Source: Octopus bimaculoides (taxonomy: Eukaryota). Taken from it: a DNA stretch of 42,326 nucleotides. Positions 34,580 through 42,326 of this stretch are shown here, piece after piece. The translations under genes were made by a program, and so were the position numbers. Numbering within the stretch: the first letter of the stretch is position 1; each line of letters begins with the position of its first letter. The notes under the pieces are model-generated. The model made no database searches and had not been told where the DNA came from. It saw only the letters and a program-made list of their open reading frames with translations. The stretch spans positions 56,645,082 through 56,687,407 of the forward strand of contig NC_068987.1 of NCBI RefSeq assembly GCF_001194135.2, in the 5' to 3' direction.

Positions 34580-35711
34580 TTGTATGTGTAAGATATCTGA
34601 GGACAGATTTATGTTTATAAAAATATAGATATACAATAAAAGATAATAACTTTATTTATCAAAAAATGCTCTGAGAATAAAAATAAACCTTCTTTTCTAT
34701 AATGTTATTCAATAAAGCCACTTTCAGCTTCAACAACTGCTTCTGTATGAGATCTAAATCATCTACATGCTCTAATCAAGTGGTCCTGGTTCATTTTGGA
34801 CATTACTCTGACTATGGCATCTTTCAAAGAATCTTCAGTGTTATGGGCATGTTCATTGACCTCTCTCTCAACAACACTACACATCTAATAGTCCAGTGGA
34901 TTGAGATCTGAGGAATTAGGAGGCCAAATGTTAGTGGTTATGTGATCATGAAAATTTTCAGCCATCCATTCCTGTGTTACTGGAGCCATGTGCAATACTG
35001 CAGACTCTTACTGAAACAGATATGGCCTTCCATTGCATACACTGTCTATCTAGGGCTTAACAATTATTTCCAGGACCTCAATGTAGGCAGCAGAGTTAAC
35101 TCTAAGGCCTTGTAGGAAGAAGTAAGGAGGCATCACATGTCCTTCATTGCTGACAACCTCTAAAACCATGACAGTTGCCGGAAATTTTGTATTCATAACA
35201 CTTGGAACTTCAGAAGGGTTTGCACATAACTATCTGTCATTTCTTCTGTTAACTTTTTGGTCTTGGTTGAAGTTTTTCTCGTTTGTGGAAAACCAAATCA
35301 AATCCTCTTCTGCTGGATTTTTCAGATGGAGATCTTTTGCAAATGATCTCATGGACTTTCTGGGATTGTAATCAATGGTCTGTTGAACTTTCTGGATAAA
35401 TTCAGGTGTTCTGATGATTTCAGAGCATTTAGAATGCTTTTTATTCTTTGATACTGGTGATACGTTTCCATTTTCAGTCTCTAGCTCCTTACAAACTTTG
35501 CAGACGAAAGATCTGGCAACTTTTAAAAATCAAGATATTTCTAAATCACTATGCTCAGCCTTTATAACTACAATAACGGCATGCCTCTTCATTTCTTGAG
35601 TAAGCTGAGGGTCTGACATTATTATTTTCTGAAACAAAGATTATACAGAGTTAGCGAAAAATGCAGCCATGACCCAAAAAAGGTATGCCCTCAAATACCT
35701 TACGTACTCTG
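34580..35711 (-). mobile_element. Tc1/mariner DD37D (maT-type) transposon, internally deleted and decayed
   Basis: Minus-strand translation: EKNFNQDQKVNRRNDR, KFPATVMVL, RPYLFQ*ESAVLH...WPPNSSDLNPLDY, with 37 codons between the 2nd (D>E) and 3rd catalytic positions. Right TIR ends CCTCAAATACCTTACGTACTCTG followed by TA; left TIR remnant GTAAGATATCTGAGGACA at 34588-34605. Left boundary approximate. Confidence 0.85.
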
Positions 35712-35952
35712 TATATATGTATATACTTGTGTGTGTGTGTGTGTGTGTGTTTGTGTCTGTGTTTGTCCCCCTGCCATTGCTTGACAACTGATGTTGGTGT
35801 GTTCACGTCCCCAAAACTTAGCGGTTCAGCAAAAGAAACCAATAAAATAAGTACCAGGCTTACAAAGAATAAGTCTTGAGGTTGATTTCTTCGGTGGTGC
35901 TCCAGCATGGCTGCAGTCAAATGACTGAAACAAGTAAAAGAATAAAAGAATA
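35712..35952 (+). mobile_element. SINE family B, 3' half
   Basis: Starts in the TA/TG tract, runs through TTTGTCCCC...GGTGCTCCAGCATGG...GAAACAAGTAAAAGAATAAAAG; abuts the DD37D TIR. Confidence 0.85.
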
Positions 35953-35954
35953 AA

Positions 35955-35964
35955 TTATCATTAC

Positions 35965-36009
<45 letters not shown>

Positions 36010-36162
36010 CATTACTGAGTGAGAGAGCAGCGCATGCCATCAAAGTGACACTGGGTTACAATTGCATGAAGCCCAATATAACCCTCATGACTACCCGTCT
36101 GATGAGAGTACACCAGGCACATGCATCACAACCACATGTGCACGACATGGTGATCTCATATC
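35955..36162 (-). mobile_element. Retroelement (probably SINE) 3' fragment with (AAT)n tail
   Basis: Minus strand ends ...GATGGCATGCGCTGCTCTCTCACTCAGT followed by a long (AAT)n run. I recall this as a dispersed octopus repeat; not verified. Confidence 0.55.
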
Positions 36163-38879
36163 TCACCAGCATAGACTAGTCATTAGTGACTTTAGATTTG
36201 AGGCCAGAAGGATGCCAAGAAGCAACCAATCCAGGAAAGAAGGATTTGGAAACTAAAGAACCCTTCACATGGTCAGAGATTTCGGGACATCTTCATCAAG
36301 AAATCTGATGAGAGGGAAGAGGAGCTACAGACTTCGGACATAGAGGATAAAAGGAAATTCTTATGGGGCAGCTTACTGAATGCCACAGACTAAGTCTCCA
36401 GACGGTGCAAAGTCCCATCCAGATTTAGAGTAACGTGGTGGTGGAATAATATGGTAGACATAGCCATTAGAGCAAAGAAACAGGCCTGGAAAGCCTGGAA
36501 GAGTGGGGGTAGCAGGGAACTGTACCAGATAGCCAGAAGGGAGGCTGGGCGACAGGTATAGATAGCCAAGGGAGAAGCAGAAAAGAAGTTTGCCAATGTC
36601 CAGCAACGTGAGGACCAAAGAACTGAAGTATTTCGGATTGCAAGACTGTGTGTGAGAGAAAATTGTGATGTCACAGGAGAGAAATGTGTCCACATGGATG
36701 ATGGTGCACTTGCTTTTAATGATTTGGGAAAGAAAGAGGCTTGGGGAAGCCATTGTGAAAACTGCTGAACATGGAGAATGAATGGGAGGAGGAGAGCCTG
36801 CCAAATGTTGACGCAGTAGAGGGACCAGCTATCTGAACAGACAGCACCCTGGTAGATAAAGCAATTAAGGGTATGAATCCAGGAAAAGCCCCTGGCCCAT
36901 CAAGAATCACTGCTGAGATGCGTAAAACATCTGGTAATGTGGGCTATGGCCATATTGTAAACCAGGTAGTTCATGATGAAGTCATACCCAATGACTGGCA
37001 AAGCAGCGCCATAGTCAACTGCTACAAGGGTAAAGGTGATGCTTTAGACAGAAATAACTACAAGGGTTTGTTGAAACTGCTGGATCAGGTGATGAAGGTC
37101 ATGGAGAGGTTCATAGCCCAACTAATTAGGGAGAGAGTCTGCTTAGATGAGATGCAATTCGGTTTTGTACCAGGTAGAAGCACCACTGATGCTATATTCC
37201 TGGTACGGAAACTGCAGGTGAAATATCTCGCCAAAGATAAACCCCTATACTTGGCTTTTGTGGACTTGGGACAAAACCTTTGATAGGGTCCCCCGATCCC
37301 TTATCTGGTGGGCAATGTGGAAACTGGGGATTGATGAATGGTTAATAAGGGCTGTACAGACCCTATACAGAGATGCCGTTAGTAAGGTTAGGGTTGGCAA
37401 TGAGTATAGTGAAGAATTCCGGGCAGAAGTAGGGGTCCACCAAGGATCAGCCTTCATCCCCCTCTTATTCATCATCGTCCTCCAGGCAATAACAGAGGAA
37501 TTCAAGACAGGTTGCCTCTGGGAGCTCCTCTATGCTGATGACCTGGTCCTCATAGCAGAATCACTACCAGAACTAGAGAAGAAATTTCAGGTGTGGAAGC
37601 AAGGTTTAGAATCAAAGGGCCTCAGAGTCACAAAGACCAAAGTTCTAGTAAGTAGGAAGGCGAACACATCACACACCCCTTCAGGTAGGTGGGCGTGCTC
37701 GATCAGTAAAAAAGGTGTAGGTAGAAACTCCATAAGATGTACCGAGTGTAAGCTATGGACGCATAACCGGGAAGACAGCTTTCGTGTGTGGCAGATGCAC
37801 AGGGGCAATATACACCACAGATGCTCAGAAAACAGATTCCATCACATGCCAGGGGGAGAAACTAGAAGTATTTGATGGATTCCGCTACCTAGGTGACCAA
37901 GTCTGCAGTGGGGGTCGATGCTCAGAGAGCATTACCACTAGAATAAGAATTGCCTGGGCAAAGTTTAGACAGCTTCTACCCCTACTGGTGACAAAGGGCC
38001 TCTCGCTCAGGGTGAAAGGTAGATGGTACGATGCATGTGTGCAAACTGCCATGCTTCACGGCAATGAAAGACAGGTCATGACTGCTGAAGACATGCGTAG
38101 GCTCGAAAGAAATGAAGCTAGTATGATCCGCTGGATGTATAATATCAGTGTGCGCACACGACAGAGTGTAAGCGCCCTGAGAGAAATGTTGGACATAAGA
38201 AGCATCAGATGTGGCGTGCAAGAGAGACGTTTGCATTGGTATGGTCATGTACTATGGATGGATGAGGAGAGCTGTGTGAAGAAGTGCCACTCCCAAACAG
38301 TGGAAGGAATCCGGGGTAGATGGAGACTCAGGAAAACATGAGATGAGGTGGTGAAGCATGACCTTCGAATGTTGAGCCTCACAGAGGCAATGACGAAAGA
38401 CCGAAACCTCTGGAGATATGTTGTGACTGAGAAGACCCAGCAAATAAAATGAGATCACAGCTGTAACCTACATCAGTGTCGCATAAGCAGCCCACTCAAA
38501 AAGTATCTTTGGGTCATAGGGTGATATGCTATGCCTTGAGGAGACCTATTGAGTCAAGTACATCAAATCAAAATCAAATCAAATCACACTCAAATGGAAA
38601 TTGTAGTTGTGGTCACCGTGCCGGTGGCACGTAAAAAGCACCATCCGAATGTGGCCGATGCCAGCCCTGCCTTGACTGGCTCTTATGCCGGTGGCACGTA
38701 AAAAGCACCCACTACACTCTCGGAGTGGTTGGCGTTAGGAAGGGCATCCAACTGTAGAAACACAGCCAGATCAGACTGGAGCTTGGTGCAGCCTCCTGGC
38801 TTCTCAGGCCCCAGCTGAACCGTCCAATCCATGCCAGCATGGAAAACGGACGTTAAACGATGATGATGGTGATGATGAT
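36163..38879 (+). mobile_element. RTE-clade LINE, 5'-truncated, with frameshifts and stops
   Basis: Endonuclease end QHRLVISDF; linker TWWWNN...KKQAWKAWK; RT motifs KAPGP, QFGFVPGRSTTDAIF, AFVDL, FDRVPR, GVHQGS, LLYADDLVL; C-terminal DRNLWR, stop at 38452; 3'UTR with internal repeats and a (GAT)n tail. Confidence 0.95.
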
Positions 38880-38897
38880 ATATATATATATTCCCAC

Positions 38898-38989
38898 GGG
38901 CATATGGCGTAGTGGTTAAGAGCGCGGGGCTACTAACCCCAAGGTTCCGAGTTCGATTCACGGCAGCGACCTGATTAATAATAGTAATA
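38898..38989 (+). pseudogene. tRNA-like short SINE or tRNA pseudogene, anticodon loop CT-ACT-AA
   Basis: A box TGGCGTAGTGG, D stem GCGT/GCGC, stem GGGG/CCCC around a 7-nt loop, T arm with GTTCGATT. The acceptor stem does not pair, and an (AAT)-like tail follows. Confidence 0.7.
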
Positions 38990-39641
38990 NNNNNNNNNNN
39001 NNNNNNNNNNNNNNNNNNNNNNNNNNNNNNNNNNNNNNNNNNNNNNNNNNNNNNNNNNNNNNNNNNNNNNNNNNNNNNNNNNNNNNNNNNNNNNNNNNNN
39101 NNNNNNNNNNNNNNNNNNNNNNNNNNNNNNNNNNNNNNNNNNNNNNNNNNNNNNNNNNNNNNNNNNNNNNNNNNNNNNNNNNNNNNNNNNNNNNNNNNNN
39201 NNNNNNNNNNNNNNNNNNNNNNNNNNNNNNNNNNNNNNNNNNNNNNNNNNNNNNNNNNNNNNNNNNNNNNNNNNNNNNNNNNNNNNNNNNNNNNNNNNNN
39301 NNNNNNNNNNNNNNNNNNNNNNNNNNNNNNNNNNNNNNNNNNNNNNNNNNNNNNNNNNNNNNNNNNNNNNNNNNNNNNNNNNNNNNNNNNNNNNNNNNNN
39401 NNNNNNNNNNNNNNNNNNNNNNNNNNNNNNNNNNNNNNNNNNNNNNNNNNNNNNNNNNNNNNNNNNNNNNNNNNNNNNNNNNNNNNNNNNNNNNNNNNNN
39501 NNNNNNNNNNNNNNNNNNNNNNNNNNNNNNNNNNNNNNNNNNNNNNNNNNNNNNNNNNNNNNNNNNNNNNNNNNNNNNNNNNNNNNNNNNNNNNNNNNNN
39601 NNNNNNNNNNNNNNNNNNNNNNNNNNNNNNNNNNNNNNNNN

Positions 39642-39685
<44 letters not shown>

Positions 39686-40039
39686 GCATACATATATACA
39701 TACATACATACATATACAAACATCTATATAAATACTTAGTGAAACTAAGTGAAAATGAAACCTTATAATAGTGAAACTATTATATCACATTACAATAGAG
39801 ATGTTATTGTTTCACTTTTGACAAGTAATACTGAAACAGTGTAAGAGATAAGAGATTGCTTCGGGCCCGCATTAGGCAAGAAGTTGAAAATGTTTTTGGC
39901 CCATGACACTCCATGGACCCTAAGTAAGGCATGTGTAGAATTTGAATGAAATTGGTAGGGTACTCCTCGAATTTTAGTGATGCACACATACAGACAAACA
40001 CACATTCTCAGTTTTATATATATAGATTATTATTAAGTT

Positions 40040-40330
40040 TGCAAGCTGGTAGAATTGTTTGCATGCCAGACAAAATGCTTAATTGCATTTCATCTGTCTT
40101 TATGTTCTGAGTTCAAGTATCACGAAGATCAACTTTACCTTTCATCCTTTCAGGGTCGACGAAATAAATACCAGCTGAGCACTGAGGTCGATGCAATTCC
40201 CTAACACCTTTCCCCAAAATTTCAGGCTTTGTGTCTATAACTGAAAGGATTATTTATTTATTTTAAAATTCTGTCAGGGCTGACCTTGTCTTTCAACGTT
40301 TCAGGGTTGATAAAGTAAGTACCAGTTGAA
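40040..40330 (+). mobile_element. SINE family C with a partial second copy
   Basis: GCAAGCTGGTAGAATTGTT...TGAGTTCAAG...CCTTTCATCCTTTCAGGGTCGA...AAATTTCAGGC...AAAGGATTATT. Confidence 0.75.
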
Positions 40331-42290
40331 CAATGAAAAATCTGGAAATTTCATGTTTATTTTGAAAAGTATAAGACTATTGGAAGTTCATAAAAAGCCA
40401 TAAAATATGTAATTTCTTAAGGACTTGTATTTTGTTTTAAACTTTTGATTGTTTAGCTGGTGTAAGAGTTCACATAGTTACTAATCACTAACACCTACGT
40501 ACAGTCTTAGCAGAGAATGCATCAAAATACCACAGTTTCTGTTATACACTTATCACTCCTTCTAAAGATATTTGGACAACAACTCTGAGTTGTTATCAAG
40601 TATTTTCACTTTACATCAAAACGTAAACCACATTAACTATGGAACTAAAAGCAAAACATAATCTAGCCATTCTACAACTGCACTATTACATTGGCAAGGT
40701 CATGTCAGGTACAGGGGCCTGTACGTATTAGTGTGTTACTGCATTCACCATTTCTTGGTATCTGCTTGGGTCAACCCTCCAAGAAGTGCTCTAGTCAGAG
40801 ATACTTCATCTGCCATGACTGTGTAGCATGTAGCTAACAAACACAAGCTGTCACACCAGCCAGATCCTCAGAGAAGAGAATACAATGTCTAGAATCCAAT
40901 TCAGAAAAATCAAGCAACATGAGCAAAGAATCATACAAGTAGCAAGAAACATTCCAGCTTCTGAGTATAGTCATTGGTTGAATACAAAATCTGACCCGTG
41001 ATAACCCATAATCCTACAATGTGTCCTGGTACCAAAGGAGTTCAAGTGGCTTCCAAGTGTCCTGGACAGTGTCCAAGTCTTTTAACTATATAGCATGACA
41101 AGGACAGCCAGAGATCTGAAGATTGAAACTTTTGTCCTCCTCCTCCTCCTCAGATACCGGCAGTGCCAAACACCCTTGTCCGGGACATTCACAATTACAC
41201 TAGCATATTCAAGGCTTTTTAAGATTTCAGACTCGCAACAAATGCTGCTATGGATCACATTGCTGAGATAAGGGAAATATTCAGCAACATTGACACCAAC
41301 ATATTAAAGAATAGACCAAACATTTCCTCTTCATGTCATTGAGGGTGACTAAATTTGACTGATGTAGGATTTGTACCCTCACCTCGTAAAACTCTCACCA
41401 GCAGCAGATTCTCAAACAGACCCATCAAATTCTCTCCTATGAGGCTATATCTTGATTGCCTATAAGGCACATCGTATGAACCAGCTGAGGTAAAGCTATC
41501 AGGACCCCCATCTGCCAAATGGAGAATACCCTGGTGAACAGGTTGGATTAGAGGGCTGTCGCCTGAGTTGTTGCAAAAGTGTCATCCACCAAGATTAGGG
41601 AATCTCGGTTCAACCCGAGGAGGCTTATTTGGGCGAGGACCTGGAATGTTCTCTCTTAGAGGGAAATATTAATAAAACTTTAACAAATCTCAATATACTA
41701 TATTGCATCGTTATTTTCATAACAGAGAAAAGCTGGTATGGTTAGACTTGAACACATTGTCCCAGTACACGAAGTATAGTAGCTGCCCCCCACCCACCGC
41801 CACTCTGAGTTGTGGATTAAACAAAAAAGCTAGTAATATAGCCATGAACATGGCTACAAAGTTATAGAATTTGCTATATAACTATGTGATTCTGGGATCG
41901 GTCCAACTCCGTAGCATCTTGGGTGTCTTCAACTTTAGCGTCGAGTTAAATGAGGCCTTGAACGAAATATTTAGACAACAGTATGGTAGCCCATCACATT
42001 TGTGTATGTGTATGTATATATATATGTGCGCGTGTATGAATGTGTGTGCACGCGTATGCACACGTGTGTGTGTGTGTACGTGTGTGTGTGCGCGCACGTA
42101 CGTGTATAGATTTAGACTTCTTAGATCCAGTGATGCTGTTGATGTATCGTAACATAGCATTTCGCCAAACGCTGATTAATACAATAAGTATCAAACTATA
42201 AAATAATTAGTAAGAGTGACATGCGCAACTAAACTCTTGAAGGCTGTTCCCCAGCATAGCTGCTAACCAATAATCGGTAAAAATATTAAA

Positions 42291-42326
<36 letters not shown>

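Noticed and set aside
38898-38975. Functional tRNA-Ser gene
   Set aside because: No acceptor stem pairing, no long variable arm, a T-stem mismatch and a non-standard anticodon.
4951-39723. Long ORFs dominated by X, or by poly-Y, CV, HT, IY, ER or I runs
   Set aside because: Artefacts of N gaps and microsatellites.

Overview
AT-rich animal genomic DNA from a gapped draft assembly: 13 N-runs, several of them bordered by microsatellites. The repeat content (tRNA-derived SINEs, RTE-type LINE with a (GAT)n tail, many mariners) points to an octopus genome; this is inference from recalled repeat families, not a search. One protein-coding gene is well supported: a spliced small heat-shock protein (HSP20/alpha-crystallin family) on the minus strand, CDS join(21602..21360, 20494..20228), 169 aa. 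It has an intact alpha-crystallin domain, a C-terminal IXI motif and probably an upstream non-coding exon I could not locate. Almost everything else is mobile DNA. There are three decayed DD34D mariners and one DD37D (maT-type) element with TIRs, a 5'-truncated RTE LINE carrying a PHD-like Cys/His insert, and many short elements sharing its 3' tail. There are also two Penelope-like GIY-YIG remnants, several SINE families, piggyBac-like and TA-flanked MITEs, and a cluster of inverted repeats at 8.5-12.4 kb. I found no convincing new multi-gene system. The best leads are a mariner-derived palindromic MITE with a hairpin at its junction, the hairpin cluster, a consensus splice donor in the sHSP 3'UTR, and a piggyBac-like MITE whose empty site is preserved nearby. 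Most ORF-track entries are artefacts of gaps, microsatellites or alternative start codons. All alignments and translations were done by eye; SINE boundaries are approximate.
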